Of a DNA stretch of 64,000 nt, positions 45,918-56,241 are shown piece after piece. The stretch's first letter is position 1. The number at the start of each line of letters is the position of its first letter. The stretch spans positions 2,592,001-2,656,000 of the forward strand of contig OZ251518.1 in the NCBI GenBank assembly GCA_965242965.1. Reading direction: 5' to 3'. This DNA comes from Candidatus Poribacteria bacterium. Lineage in GTDB: Bacteria > Poribacteria > WGA-4E > WGA-3G. Below the pieces are notes generated by a model. It ran no database searches and was not told the origin of the DNA. It saw only the letters and a program-made list of their open reading frames with translations. Both the position numbers and the translations under genes were made by a program.

Positions 45918-46044
45918 CGTAGGTTGCGAGCAGCACCCGCAACACGCTACGATGTGGCGTGAACCTTATATCGATTCAAACACCGGGGGAGTCGAGACCG
46001 GGAGGTCTCTCCTACATGTGGCGTGAACCTATATCGATTCAAAC
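45918..46044. repeat. REPs and a ~30-bp duplication of the rplW 3' end inside the S10 operon
   Basis: ATGTGGCGTGAACCT(T)ATATCGATTCAAAC at 45952 and 46016, flanking GAGACCGGGAGGTCTCTCCTAC. Confidence 0.8.
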
Positions 46045-46328
46045 GCCTGGATCGTCGCGCCTTCCCTCAGCGTGATAATCGCCTTTTTCCAATGCGGCCT
46101 GCGTCCCCGTTTGTAGCGGTGCATCTTCCCTTTCGGTTTTCCGCGCACCTGCATCGTATGAACGTTGACGATATCCCCTTTGAGGTCAAACAGCTCCTCG
46201 GCGGCACGGCGGATTTGGACTTTCGTCGCATTCCGATTGACGACGAAGGCGTATTTGTTCTGTTCGCGGAAAATGGTGCTTTTCTCCGTAATCTGGGGGT
46301 GTAAAATCACCTGATATACGTCGTTCAT
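46029..46328 (-). CDS. rplW: 50S ribosomal protein L23
   Basis: PQITEKS; WKKAIITL. Confidence 0.97.
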   Translation of the reverse strand: MNDVYQVILHPQITEKSTIFREQNKYAFVVNRNATKVQIRRAAEELFDLKGDIVNVHTMQVRGKPKGKMHRYKRGRRPHWKKAIITLREGATIQAFESI

Positions 46329-46331
46329 CTT

Positions 46332-46979
46332 TTATCCTCTTTCCACATCCGGGGCGACAAACTTCGCCTGAAGCTGCTCCGCCGCCTTCTCCGTGATTAC
46401 CAAAGTGTCGTGCCACATCACTTGGTAAATGTTCAGCATGTCCCACGTGCAGCAGTTGACTTGCGGGATGTTCCGCACGGAGAGGTGGATATTAGGGCTG
46501 TGTTCGTTCAGCACGACAAGCACCTTCCCTTCCGCATTTACGGCTTTGAGCAGGCTGAGCATATCCTTCGTGCGCGGCTTTTCCAGCGTGAAATCTTCGA
46601 CGAGGATGCATTGCTCATTTTGGAACCGGTCTGCAAGCGCGCTATGGAGTCCGAGACGGCGCACCTGTTTCGGGGTGCGCTGCCGATAACTCCGCGGTTT
46701 CGGACCGAAGGCGACACCGCCATGCACCCGAATCGGCGATTTCGCATGCCCAACGCGGGCCCTGCCGGTGCCCTTCTGGCGGTATAATTTCCTGCCGCTG
46801 CCTTTCACTTCGCTGCGCGTTTTCGTCGATGCCGTGCCGCGCCGCTGATTCGCGAGATACGCGACAACGCATTGGTGGATAACAGGCCCGTTCACCTCAG
46901 CGTGCGTGAACGCATCCGAGAGCTCCTTTTCATGGAGGACAGCGCCTGTGCGAGCGTGAACCGCTAGCGTTGACATCAC
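46332..46979 (-). CDS. rplD: 50S ribosomal protein L4
   Basis: TKTRSEV.GSGRK.YRQKGTGRAR; GGVAFGPKPR. Confidence 0.98.
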   Translation of the reverse strand: MMSTLAVHARTGAVLHEKELSDAFTHAEVNGPVIHQCVVAYLANQRRGTASTKTRSEVKGSGRKLYRQKGTGRARVGHAKSPIRVHGGVAFGPKPRSYRQRTPKQVRRLGLHSALADRFQNEQCILVEDFTLEKPRTKDMLSLLKAVNAEGKVLVVLNEHSPNIHLSVRNIPQVNCCTWDMLNIYQVMWHDTLVITEKAAEQLQAKFVAPDVERG

Positions 46980-46988
46980 TTCTTCTCC

Positions 46989-47633
46989 TTATGCCTCCGG
47001 TGCCGTTTTGGAAGCCTTCCAGATCAGCAGGAGCCCCTGTATCGGGCCCGGAACCGCTCCCTTCACCACAAGCAAATTCCGTTCGGCATCCGTTTGGATA
47101 ACCGGTAAATTTTGGACGGTATGCCGTTTGGCACCTTGGCGGCCCGCCATCCGTTTCCCTTTGAAAACCCGTGACGGTGTCGCGCTCGCACCGATAGAAC
47201 CGGGGCGACGCAAGTCCTGCTCGCCACCGTGGCTCTTTTTGCCACCGGCGAAACCCCACCGTTTGACAACACCGGTGAAGCCGTGCCCCTTCGAGGTGCC
47301 GCTCACGTCAACGAGCTCGCCTTCTGAAAAGAGACTGGCATCGATAACGCTACCTACGGTTACGTCGGCGAGGCTTTTGACACGGAACTCGCGGAGCACC
47401 CACGTCGGTTCAACTTGCGCCTTCGCGAAATGTCCCTGCCGCGGCTTGTTCGTCCGGCTCGCTTTCCGTTCTCCGAACCCCAACTGGACAGCCTGATACC
47501 CGTCTCTCTCTTGCGTTTTCAGTTGGACGATGGGACAGGGGCCCGCTTCAATGACGGTAACAGGCACCACTTTCCCAGACTCCTCGAAAACCTGGGTCAT
47601 CCCGATTTTTCGTCCGATGATTCCGTTCACCAT
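46989..47633 (-). CDS. rplC: 50S ribosomal protein L3
   Basis: GRKIGMTQVF; SKGHGFTGVVKRW; KGAVPG. Confidence 0.98.
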   Translation of the reverse strand: MVNGIIGRKIGMTQVFEESGKVVPVTVIEAGPCPIVQLKTQERDGYQAVQLGFGERKASRTNKPRQGHFAKAQVEPTWVLREFRVKSLADVTVGSVIDASLFSEGELVDVSGTSKGHGFTGVVKRWGFAGGKKSHGGEQDLRRPGSIGASATPSRVFKGKRMAGRQGAKRHTVQNLPVIQTDAERNLLVVKGAVPGPIQGLLLIWKASKTAPEA

Positions 47634-47751
47634 TTTCCTTCTCCTCCGCGCCTCAGGTGCTGACTTCTTTCGTCGCTGTAGGTGGTGCTCCCCCGATTTT
47701 GTCTAAACGACAGAAACCGATTTGTGAGCACCCGCGCCTTCCAGCGGCTAC

Positions 47752-48063
47752 TTATAGCAAGATGATTTTCACATCCACCCCGGCGGGCAAGTCCAAGCGC
47801 ATCAAAGCATCCACGGTCTTGGGTGTCGTTTCGAGAATATCCAACAACCGCTTGTGAATCCGCATCTCAAATTGTTCACGCGACTTCTTATCTTTGAAGG
47901 TCGAACGCTGGACAGTATAGATATGCTTCTTCGTCGGCAACGGAATCGGTCCGGAGACAGCTGCTCCTGTGCGTTTGGCGGTATCCGCTATCTGCTTTGA
48001 CGACAGGTCCAACAGCCGGTAGTCAAAAGCTTTGAGCCGAATGCGAATTTTTTGGTTGTCCAT
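47752..48063 (-). CDS. rpsJ: 30S ribosomal protein S10
   Basis: [10 protein letters not shown]; GPIPLPT; [12 protein letters not shown]. Confidence 0.98.
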   Translation of the reverse strand: MDNQKIRIRLKAFDYRLLDLSSKQIADTAKRTGAAVSGPIPLPTKKHIYTVQRSTFKDKKSREQFEMRIHKRLLDILETTPKTVDALMRLDLPAGVDVKIILL

Positions 48064-48129
48064 CTTTGTATCCTTTAGAGACAACCCCAAAGCGGAGTTG
48101 CGGCTCCACTTTGGGGTTATACAGCATCA

Positions 48130-49329
48130 TTATTCAAGGATTTTGGAGACAACACCGGCACCGATGGTATGTCCGCCTTCACGGATAGCGAATCGGAGTT
48201 GTTCCTCCATCGCGATGGGCTTGGAGAGTTCTACCGTAATCTGCGCGTTGTCGCCGGGCATGATCATCTCAATGCCTTCCGGCAGATCCATTTTCCCGGT
48301 CACGTCTGTCGTGCGGAAGTAGAACTGCGGGCGGTATCCGCTAAAGAAGGGGTTCCAGCGTCCGCCTTCTTCCTTGGTAAGGATATAGGCTTCGGCTTCA
48401 AACTTCGTATGCGGTGTGACTGTCCCTGGAATCGAGAGGACCTGGCCGCGTTCGACTTCCTCGCGGTCGATGCCACGAATCAACGCGCCGATGTTGTCAC
48501 CGGCTTGCCCCTGGTCAAGGAGTTTTCGGAACATCTCCACCCCTGTGACGACAGTCTCCTGAGTCTCTTTAAGCCCGACAATCTCAACTCTATCGCCGGT
48601 GTTAATAATCCCGCGTTCCACGCGTCCCGTGACAACAGTGCCGCGCCCACTGATAGTGAAGATATCTTCAATCGGCATCAGGAACGGCTTTTCGGTGTCT
48701 CGGACAGGTTCCGGGATGTATGTGTCCACGGCTTCCATCAGTTCTCGGATGGGCTTACATGCGTCGCTATCCGGTGAACCGGCGGCTTCCATTGCTTCAA
48801 GCGCGGAGCCTGCGATGATGGGGACATCGTCGCCGGGGAATTCGTATTCCGTGAGCAGTTCGCGGACTTCCAAGTCGACGAGTTCCAGCAGTTCGTCGTC
48901 ATCCACCATGTCTGCCTTGTTAAGGAAGACAACGAGGGATGGGACGTTGACTTGGCGTGCGAGGAGCACGTGTTCTCGGGTCTGCGGCATCGGTCCGTCT
49001 GCGGCAGAGACGACGAGGATTGCACCGTCCATTTGCGCGGCACCGGTAATCATGTTTTTGATGTAGTCCGCGTGTCCGGGGCAGTCTACGTGCGCGTAGT
49101 GCCGATTCTCGGTTTCGTATTCAACGTGTGCCGTGTTAATCGTAATGCCACGCTCTTTCTCCTCGGGCGCCTTGTCAATTTCGTCATACGTCATGACGTA
49201 GTCTTTGCTCGCGAGATTGGAAAGCACCATAGTAATCGCCGCCGTGAGCGTCGTCTTACCGTGGTCGACGTGGCCGATTGTGCCAATATTGACGTGTGGC
49301 TTAGTCCTTTCAAAAGTTTCCTTAGCCAT
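48130..49329 (-). CDS. tuf: Elongation factor Tu
   Basis: GHVDHGKT; RGITI; DCPGHADY; NKAD. Confidence 0.99.
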   Translation of the reverse strand: MAKETFERTKPHVNIGTIGHVDHGKTTLTAAITMVLSNLASKDYVMTYDEIDKAPEEKERGITINTAHVEYETENRHYAHVDCPGHADYIKNMITGAAQMDGAILVVSAADGPMPQTREHVLLARQVNVPSLVVFLNKADMVDDDELLELVDLEVRELLTEYEFPGDDVPIIAGSALEAMEAAGSPDSDACKPIRELMEAVDTYIPEPVRDTEKPFLMPIEDIFTISGRGTVVTGRVERGIINTGDRVEIVGLKETQETVVTGVEMFRKLLDQGQAGDNIGALIRGIDREEVERGQVLSIPGTVTPHTKFEAEAYILTKEEGGRWNPFFSGYRPQFYFRTTDVTGKMDLPEGIEMIMPGDNAQITVELSKPIAMEEQLRFAIREGGHTIGAGVVSKILE

Positions 49330-49406
49330 TCTTTTTATCCTTTGCTAGTTGAACTCGGCGTTCGTGGGGGGTTCCCTCGCACGCCGGGTTCATGTCCGTT
49401 TTGCGC

Positions 49407-51521
49407 CTACTTACCAATTAAGTCTTCCATCACACTCGCGGATACCTCGCTGTAGTGCGAGAATTCCATCGAGTAGTTCGCCCGCCCCTGTGTCAAGGAG
49501 CGCAGCGTCTTGACGTAACCGAACATTTCTGACAGCGGTACGTCAACGAGGATATGCTGGATACGCGATTTAACCTGTCGTCCAGAGTCGCGCTGCACCG
49601 TTTCACGGATTTGCGCACGCCGGGAGTTCAGATCACCGATGACTTTCCCAAGGTATTCGTCCGGGACGATGACTTCAACGTCCATAATCGGTTCCAGGAG
49701 CGTCGGGTTAGCGCGCTTCATAGCATCTTTAAATGCCATAGAACCGGCGATGCCGAACGCCATTTCCGAGGAATCCACCGGATGGTGTGAGCCGTCTACC
49801 AGTCTTACCGATACGTCAACGACCGGATAGCCTGCCAACACGCCGGTATTCATGGCATTCTCAATGCCTTTCCGCACCGCAGGAACGTATTCCTGAGGGA
49901 CGGCACCGCCTTTCGTTTCGTCGGCGAACTCAAAGCCGCCGCCTTTCTCAAGCGGTTCAACCTCAATCACGACATGTCCAAACTGCCCTCTGCCACCGGA
50001 TTGCCGCACGAAGCGTCCTACCGATTTGACAGGTTCAAGAATCGTCTCGCGATATGCCACTTCCGGGCTACCGACGTTAGCAGAGACGTTGAATTCGCGG
50101 ACTAGCCTGTCTACGATAATCTCAAGGTGCAGCTCACCCATGCCGGAGAGCAACGTCTGTCCCGTGTCTGCATCCTGATGCACTTTAAACGTCGGATCTT
50201 CCTCGGCGAGTTTTGATAGCGCGAGGTTGAGTTTGTCAATATCCGATTGCGTGCGCGGTTCAATGGCAATAGCCATGACAGGCAGCGGGAAATCCATCGT
50301 CTCTAGCGTGATGTGCCGTTTCATATCGCAGAGCGTCTCGCCTGTCGCGATATTCTTTAACCCGATGACAGCGGCGATGTCGCCTGCGTAGACAGCTTGA
50401 TGCTCCTCGCGTTTGTTGGCGTGCATCTGCATCAAGCGGCCGATGCGTTCGTGCTTGCCGCGTTTGCTGTTGTAGACGGTATCGCCTTTTTTCAGCACAC
50501 CGGAGTAGACACGGAGGTAGGTGAGTTTGCCAACGTGCGGGTCCGTCATGATTTTGAACGCTAGCGCGCAGAACGGCTCCTCGTCGCTCGCCTGCCGAAT
50601 CTCCTCCGCTTCTGTCCGCGGGTTGACACCCATAATCGGCGGCACATCCGTCGGTGCCGGCAGATAGGAGACAATGGCATCCAACAACGGTTGGACACCT
50701 TTATTCTTCAAAGCGGTTCCGCACAAGACTGGCACGGTTTTGCCGTGCAGGACAGCCTTTCTCAGACCGGATTTGATTTCTTCCGGCGACAATTCAATGC
50801 CGTCAAGGTAACGTTCTAAAAGTGCGTCATCCGCTTCTGCCGCAGCGTCAAGCATCCGTTCGCGATACTCGTTCGCCATCGCTTCTATCTCGGTGGGGAT
50901 GTCTGTTTCATGGATGACAGTGCCGTCCCCGGTTGTGGTATCCCACAACTGCGCCTTCATGGCGATGAGATCGACGATGCCGCTAAACCCTTCGGCAGAG
51001 CCGATAGGGAGTTGCACCGGAACCGCCGTTGCGCCGAGGCGTTCTTCCATCATTTCTACGGTACGGAAGAAGTCTGCGCCGGTTCTGTCCATCTTATTGA
51101 CGAACGCGATGCGCGGGATTTCGTATTTATCCGCCTGCCGCCAGACCGTCTCGGACTGCGGTTCAACGCCGCCGACTGCACAGAAGACAGCGACGGCTCC
51201 GTCAAGGACGCGCAGTGAGCGTTCTACCTCGACGGTAAAATCGATGTGTCCCGGTGTGTCAATGATGTTGATGTGGTGCTTTTTCCATTGACAGGTAGTG
51301 GCGGCGGCGGTGATCGTAATGCCGCGCTCCTGCTCCTGCACCATCCAGTCCATCGTCGTTGTGCCATCGTCAACATCACCGATGCGGTAGACGCGGCCGG
51401 TGTAGTATAAAATCCGTTCGGTTACCGTCGTCTTGCCGGCATCAATATGCGCCATGATGCCGATGTTCCGCATGTGTGGCAGCGCAAGGCGTTGTTGGGG
51501 GTTATCCTTCTTATCAGCCAT
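49407..51521 (-). CDS. fusA: Elongation factor G
   Basis: AHIDAGKT; ERGITI; DTPGH; GMGELHL. Confidence 0.99.
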   Translation of the reverse strand: MADKKDNPQQRLALPHMRNIGIMAHIDAGKTTVTERILYYTGRVYRIGDVDDGTTTMDWMVQEQERGITITAAATTCQWKKHHINIIDTPGHIDFTVEVERSLRVLDGAVAVFCAVGGVEPQSETVWRQADKYEIPRIAFVNKMDRTGADFFRTVEMMEERLGATAVPVQLPIGSAEGFSGIVDLIAMKAQLWDTTTGDGTVIHETDIPTEIEAMANEYRERMLDAAAEADDALLERYLDGIELSPEEIKSGLRKAVLHGKTVPVLCGTALKNKGVQPLLDAIVSYLPAPTDVPPIMGVNPRTEAEEIRQASDEEPFCALAFKIMTDPHVGKLTYLRVYSGVLKKGDTVYNSKRGKHERIGRLMQMHANKREEHQAVYAGDIAAVIGLKNIATGETLCDMKRHITLETMDFPLPVMAIAIEPRTQSDIDKLNLALSKLAEEDPTFKVHQDADTGQTLLSGMGELHLEIIVDRLVREFNVSANVGSPEVAYRETILEPVKSVGRFVRQSGGRGQFGHVVIEVEPLEKGGGFEFADETKGGAVPQEYVPAVRKGIENAMNTGVLAGYPVVDVSVRLVDGSHHPVDSSEMAFGIAGSMAFKDAMKRANPTLLEPIMDVEVIVPDEYLGKVIGDLNSRRAQIRETVQRDSGRQVKSRIQHILVDVPLSEMFGYVKTLRSLTQGRANYSMEFSHYSEVSASVMEDLIGK

Positions 51522-51561
51522 TTTTATCCTTCTCGGTGGCGTTTGATACGCCTACCATCGC

Positions 51562-52032
51562 CTACCATCGGTAATGTGCGAAGGCGCGGTTCGCCTCTGC
51601 CATTCGATGTTGCTCCTGTTTTCGGCGGATTGCACCGCCTTCGTTTCGCGCGGCATCCATCAGTTCACCGGCGAGACGTTCGGCCATCCGTTTTTCGCCG
51701 CGTCCGCGCGCCGATTGGATGAGCCAACTGAAGGCAAGCCGGGTCTTGCGTTCCGCTTTCACGTCAATCGGCACCTGATAGGTTTGGCTACCGACGCGCC
51801 GGGGACGAATCTCCAAAACCGGCTTGACGTTATTAATCGCTTGGCGAAACACCGCGAAGCCGTCTTCCTTCATTCGCGATTCGATAATCTCAAAGCTCTC
51901 ATAGAGGATGCGTTGCGCAGTGCTTTTTTTGCCATCCAGCATGAGGCTGTTGATAAATTTTGACACTACCTTGCTGTTATGAACAGCATCCGGGTTGACA
52001 TCGCGCTTGGCGACGTTTCCACGTCTCGGCAT
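51562..52032 (-). CDS. rpsG: 30S ribosomal protein S7
   Basis: MPRRG; DGKKSTA; HRMAEANRAFAHYRW. Confidence 0.98.
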   Translation of the reverse strand: MPRRGNVAKRDVNPDAVHNSKVVSKFINSLMLDGKKSTAQRILYESFEIIESRMKEDGFAVFRQAINNVKPVLEIRPRRVGSQTYQVPIDVKAERKTRLAFSWLIQSARGRGEKRMAERLAGELMDAARNEGGAIRRKQEQHRMAEANRAFAHYRW

Positions 52033-52052
52033 GGTTGTTCCTCCGGTTCCTG

Positions 52053-52424
52053 TTAATCCGGCTTCCTCGCGCCGTATTTCGAGCGGCCCTGTCGCCGGTT
52101 CTCTACGCCGGCGGTGTCCAGTTTCCCGCGAACAATGTGGTAACGGACATTGGAGAGGTCCTTCACGGCACCCCCACGCACCAACACGACTGAGTGCTCT
52201 TGCAAGTTGTGGTCGATCCCGGGGATATAGCAGGTTGCCTCATAGCCGGAGGTAAACCGCACGCGGGCTACCTTGCGCAATGCTGAATTCGGCTTGTTTG
52301 GCGTAATCGTTTTCACCTGCAAACAGATGCCGCGACGCTGCGGACATTGCTGCAACACCGGGGATTTCGTCTTCTTCCGGGACCGCTTGCGCGGTTTTTT
52401 GATTAACTGGTTAATTGTCGGCAT
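52053..52424 (-). CDS. rpsL: 30S ribosomal protein S12
   Basis: MPTINQL; PNSALRK; [14 protein letters not shown]; RSKYG. Confidence 0.98.
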   Translation of the reverse strand: MPTINQLIKKPRKRSRKKTKSPVLQQCPQRRGICLQVKTITPNKPNSALRKVARVRFTSGYEATCYIPGIDHNLQEHSVVLVRGGAVKDLSNVRYHIVRGKLDTAGVENRRQGRSKYGARKPD

Positions 52425-52697
52425 TTTTATCCATCCTTTATGTTCTGCACAGAACATATATGCGCTGCGCTGTCGAAAATCGCGCTTCAGCGAACCGCTC
52501 TCCACAAAAAAAGCCCCTCGCGGGGCAATGCAAATCGGGTATGCCGGGCAGCGCGGCGCGCTACCTCAACCTCAGATTGCAAATTCTGAACAAATTAACG
52601 TGAGATGGAGAGTCAACGTTAGAATGTTTCCGAATAGTTTGCCCCTTTTCTTGTCTAAAAGACTAAAAAAGACCCGGGTAGGGTTTCCAAAATTATA

Positions 52698-52726
52698 ATT
52701 ATACCACAAAAAAAACCGTTTGTCAA
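52698..52726 (-). promoter_or_regulatory. Consensus promoter of the str/S10 superoperon
   Basis: TTGACA-N17-TATAAT with extended -10 TG, preceded by an A-rich UP-like tract. Confidence 0.8.
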
Positions 52727-52774
52727 ATTTTTTTTACTTTTTTTGTAAAAAAAGTGGTAATTTTGCGATTTTTC

Positions 52775-53992
52775 TTACTTTTTTTGCAATTTTCCGCGCA
52801 AAATAACGTCGCGGACGTTCAAATGTTCGTCAAGAATGACAATATCCGCCGCTGTGCCGCGCGCAATAGTGCCTATCCGGTCGGCGATGCCGAAATTCCG
52901 CGCGGGTGTTAAAGTCGCCATCGTCAGCGCGTCCTCAAGCGAATAACCCCAATTGACGACATTCCGGAGGCCTTCCATCAGCGTAATGTTCGCGCCAGCG
53001 AGCCGTTCTGTCGGTTCCCCGACATCAAGATACATCGCACCGTCTTTCACGTATTTTGCCTCCGCCAAACGATACGCCCCCAACTCCGGGACATATACAG
53101 CCTGCGCTTGCCATTCGGCGGTAGGCACACCGGCGAGCTCGGTGCAGTCCGTAATCAACCCAACTCCATCAATCCCCTTCCATCGGATGAGCGCGTCGCC
53201 CCAAAAGGGGGATACATGCCGTTCATCGACGATTAACTCCGCATGGATGCCTTCATGTGCTAGCACCGCTTCAACAGCACCTAGTTCGCGGTGGTGCATG
53301 CCGCTCATACCGTTAAAGGTATGCGTGGCGCGCGTGATGCCCGCGTCAATCGCCGCCATTGCCACCGGATACGTGGCATCCGTGTGCCCCATCGCAATGA
53401 CAATGTCGTTATAGGCATCTTTCCTGAATTCGGCGAGGTGTTTGATAAACCGAAAGTCTTCGTCCCGCTCCGGCGCAATCGAGATGACTTTCAGCGTTCC
53501 ATCAGATGCCGCCCACATAGAGTGGAATTCTTCAAAGTTCGGCGGTGTGATAAACCGCGCATCCTGCGCGCCGTTCTTCGCGAGACTGCCGAATTTCCCT
53601 TCTACATAAGAACCTAAAATGCGTGCACCGTCCTCAACAGGATAATCAGCAACGCGCGCTATTGCTTCGAGCGAAGCGTTGATTACCTCCATGCTCCCGG
53701 ATGAGATACCCAAGACAAGCGTAGTGACACCTGCCGCCGCGTGCGCGCGAACGATGCGCTGAATGTCTGCAACCTCGCCTGTCATCGTATCGCACCCACC
53801 GCCACCGTGAACGAGGCCGTCAATGAGGCCCGGGATGACAGTGCAACCGGTTGCATCAATGACGTTAGATGCGTTTTGCGGCGCGCCGTTCGTCATCACT
53901 TCTGATATTATGTCCCCCTGAATGACGACGCTGCCGCGTCCGACATGTTTCGGGGTATAGATGTCACCGTTGGTGATAGTCAGCGTGCTCAT
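52775..53992 (-). CDS. nagA: N-acetylglucosamine-6-phosphate deacetylase (amidohydrolase)
   Basis: PGLID..VHGGGG; IAPE; MGHTDA; THTFNGM; TPAR..G...GTIARG..ADIV. Confidence 0.85.
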   Translation of the reverse strand: MSTLTITNGDIYTPKHVGRGSVVIQGDIISEVMTNGAPQNASNVIDATGCTVIPGLIDGLVHGGGGCDTMTGEVADIQRIVRAHAAAGVTTLVLGISSGSMEVINASLEAIARVADYPVEDGARILGSYVEGKFGSLAKNGAQDARFITPPNFEEFHSMWAASDGTLKVISIAPERDEDFRFIKHLAEFRKDAYNDIVIAMGHTDATYPVAMAAIDAGITRATHTFNGMSGMHHRELGAVEAVLAHEGIHAELIVDERHVSPFWGDALIRWKGIDGVGLITDCTELAGVPTAEWQAQAVYVPELGAYRLAEAKYVKDGAMYLDVGEPTERLAGANITLMEGLRNVVNWGYSLEDALTMATLTPARNFGIADRIGTIARGTAADIVILDEHLNVRDVILRGKLQKK

Positions 53993-54039
53993 GCTTCTGT
54001 AAAGGCGGATGCCATCGCCGCCTATCTTTTCCTTTCCCC

Positions 54040-54240
54040 CAGTCTCGATGCGTTCAGAATCGCGGGGGACAGGCCCCCGCGCTACGGTAGGAGAGCCCTC
54101 CCGGTCTCGCCGGGTTCGGTATCGGGACAAGGATGTCCCTCCTACCCAAACACCGGTAGGCGAGACATCCCGGTCTCGATGCATTCAGAATCGCGGGGGA
54201 CAGGCCCCCGCGCTACGGTAGGAGAGCCCTCCCGAACCCG
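54040..54240. repeat. Duplicated REP cluster
   Basis: GTCTCGATGC.TTCAGAATCGCGGGGGACAGGCCCCCGCGCTACGGTAGGAGAGCCCTCCCG twice. Confidence 0.85.
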
Positions 54241-54245
54241 ATGCC

Positions 54246-54746
54246 TTATACCGAATCTGAGCCCCGTTCCAAAAAGAGAAAACTATACGCATACGGATTT
54301 TTCTCATCTGGTTCGCAATCAACGCGCTTCGCTTCGTGCCACTCCGTCATATCGAACGCAGGGAAGTAGACATTCCCCTCAAACGTTGCATGAACTCGCG
54401 TTAGATAGAGCCGATGCGCGTGCGGCAAAAATGCTTGATAAATCGGCGAGCCGCCGCAAATCATAAGTTCTTCTGCATCGGCGGCAATTGCCAACACCTC
54501 GTCTACCGAATGCGCCACAAGACAGCCGATGGGAACCTCATACTCCACGTTGCGCGTCAAAATAATGTTCAGCCGTTTGCCGAGAGGCCGCTTCAGCGTT
54601 TCAAACGTCTTCCTTCCCATGACAACAGGCTTGCCCACCGTCATGTCCCGGAAGTGCCGCCGGTCTGCCGGTAGTTGCCACGGAATCTCGGGTCCGTTAC
54701 CGATGAGGCGATTTTCGTCCATCGCGGCGATGAGAGAGATGAGCAT
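54246..54746 (-). CDS. folA: Dihydrofolate reductase
   Basis: LIAAMDENRLIG; IPWQLPAD; VMGRKTFE; ICGG. Confidence 0.95.
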   Translation of the reverse strand: MLISLIAAMDENRLIGNGPEIPWQLPADRRHFRDMTVGKPVVMGRKTFETLKRPLGKRLNIILTRNVEYEVPIGCLVAHSVDEVLAIAADAEELMICGGSPIYQAFLPHAHRLYLTRVHATFEGNVYFPAFDMTEWHEAKRVDCEPDEKNPYAYSFLFLERGSDSV

Positions 54747-54880
54747 CGTTTTTCCTAAGCGCGGCACGTTGAGGGCCAGGTCCTCGTTCTACGGAGACTT
54801 ACTGTAGTTCGGGAGCGCCCGCTCCCGAAACGGCATGTCCTCGTTCTACGGTGACTACAGTGACGCGGCGTGTCTCTGAT

Positions 54881-55399
54881 TTACGAACCTTCCGCTTTTT
54901 CTTCTTCCAACTCGCGTTCGGCATCTTCAATGCCTGCCAGCACCTGTTCTGCAAAGTGGATGATGGTTTCGCTGAGGAGGCCAGGCACGAGTTTCACTTC
55001 GTCTTTCTCCTTCCATTCCATCTTGAACTCTTCGGCACCGACGAGTTCGTCCAGCGCGTCTCCAAGAGCTTCCTGCGTGATATTAAAGTGCTCAGCGAGT
55101 TCACTGAGGCTGAGCGGCTCTTCTATCTGAAAAGCGAGCACCTCCATCCACAGCCACATGCCGATGCGCCGCGCGATGGTCGAGAGCTCAAGATCTTGAT
55201 CCGCGAAGCGGGTTATCGCGGCGAAACAGTAAGTGCCGTGATGCGGATAGTCAATCAAGATCTCTTCCAATTCCTCAAAGGCGAGTTGGATTAAGAAGGC
55301 GGCTTCTTCCGGTAGCGGAAATTCATCCATTGCGTCGCCATGGTGGTTTCCGTTGTGCCCCGGCTCGCCAAAGCTGAAGTTGCGTTGTTCTTGCGCCAT
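54881..55399 (-). CDS. Hypothetical acidic protein between thyA and folA
   Basis: GAGG RBS; possible HTH-like segment LSLSELAEHFNIT. Confidence 0.7.
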   Translation of the reverse strand: MAQEQRNFSFGEPGHNGNHHGDAMDEFPLPEEAAFLIQLAFEELEEILIDYPHHGTYCFAAITRFADQDLELSTIARRIGMWLWMEVLAFQIEEPLSLSELAEHFNITQEALGDALDELVGAEEFKMEWKEKDEVKLVPGLLSETIIHFAEQVLAGIEDAERELEEEKAEGS

Positions 55400-55432
55400 G
55401 TGCGGTTCCTCTATCTGTTTGGTATGATACGC

Positions 55433-56230
55433 CTAGACAATCAACGGTGCGCGGATAGTATCATGGTGTCGGTAATTATCTAACCGAATGTCCTGCATCT
55501 TGAAATCGTCAATGCAGGTGACGTTTGGGTTGAGGACAAGTTTCGGCGGCGGATAAGGTTCGCGCTGGAGCTGCGTTTTCACCTGCTCAAAATGTTCTTG
55601 ATAGATATGCGCGTCGCCTAACGTCAGGATGAACTCGTGCGGTTCAAGGTTTGTCACTTGCGCTACCATTGACAAAAGCAAGGCATAAGACGCGATGTTG
55701 AACGGCACCCCAAGGAACATATCACAGCTGCGCAGATACATCTGCAAGGAGAGTTTCCCTTCGGCGACGAAAAATTGAAAGAAGATGTGGCACGGCGGCA
55801 GTGCCATCTGGTCCAATTCGCCTGGGTTCCACGCGGTGACGATGTGTCGACGGCTGTGCGGTTCTTCCTTCAGCTGCGCAATGACTTCGGCGAGCTGATC
55901 TTGTTCGCCATTCGCCGTTCGCCACTGTCGCCATTGGATGCCGTAAATTCTGCCGAGTTGTCCATCGCGGTCCCACGTTTCGGCGTTTGCGTCCCAGATT
56001 CGCGTGCCGAGTTTCCGGAATTTTTCAACGTTGTCATAGGCGCGTAGAAACCCCAAAAGTTCAGCTTTCATGGAGCGGAAGGCGAGTTTTTTCGTCGTTA
56101 CGGCGGGAAACCCTTCTTGGAGATTATAGCGCATTTGCATGCCAAAGAGGGCGCGAGTGCCGCCGTTCCTACCTGCCCGGTCCACCCCGGTAGTGAGTAT
56201 TTGATGTAGCGCGTCTAAATAAGATGTCAT
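55433..56230 (-). CDS. thyA: Thymidylate synthase ThyA
   Basis: FPAVTTKK; MALPPCH; RSCDMFLGVPFNIASY; GDAHIY. Confidence 0.97.
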   Translation of the reverse strand: MTSYLDALHQILTTGVDRAGRNGGTRALFGMQMRYNLQEGFPAVTTKKLAFRSMKAELLGFLRAYDNVEKFRKLGTRIWDANAETWDRDGQLGRIYGIQWRQWRTANGEQDQLAEVIAQLKEEPHSRRHIVTAWNPGELDQMALPPCHIFFQFFVAEGKLSLQMYLRSCDMFLGVPFNIASYALLLSMVAQVTNLEPHEFILTLGDAHIYQEHFEQVKTQLQREPYPPPKLVLNPNVTCIDDFKMQDIRLDNYRHHDTIRAPLIV

Positions 56231-56241
56231 GCCTACCCTTT

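Noticed and set aside
33342-52424. Many plus-strand and off-frame ORFs over the ribosomal operon (e.g. 33757-34401, 44621-45289, 48169-48777)
   Set aside because: Shadow ORFs of well-conserved genes in GC-rich DNA
53993-54184. Long N-terminal extensions in the ORF track for nagA (likewise rpsK, rplR, rpmC, rpsL, peroxidase, MTase 30525, beta-barrel 11493)
   Set aside because: Upstream in-frame starts run through REPs or neighbouring genes; internal starts fit the family N-termini and often an RBS
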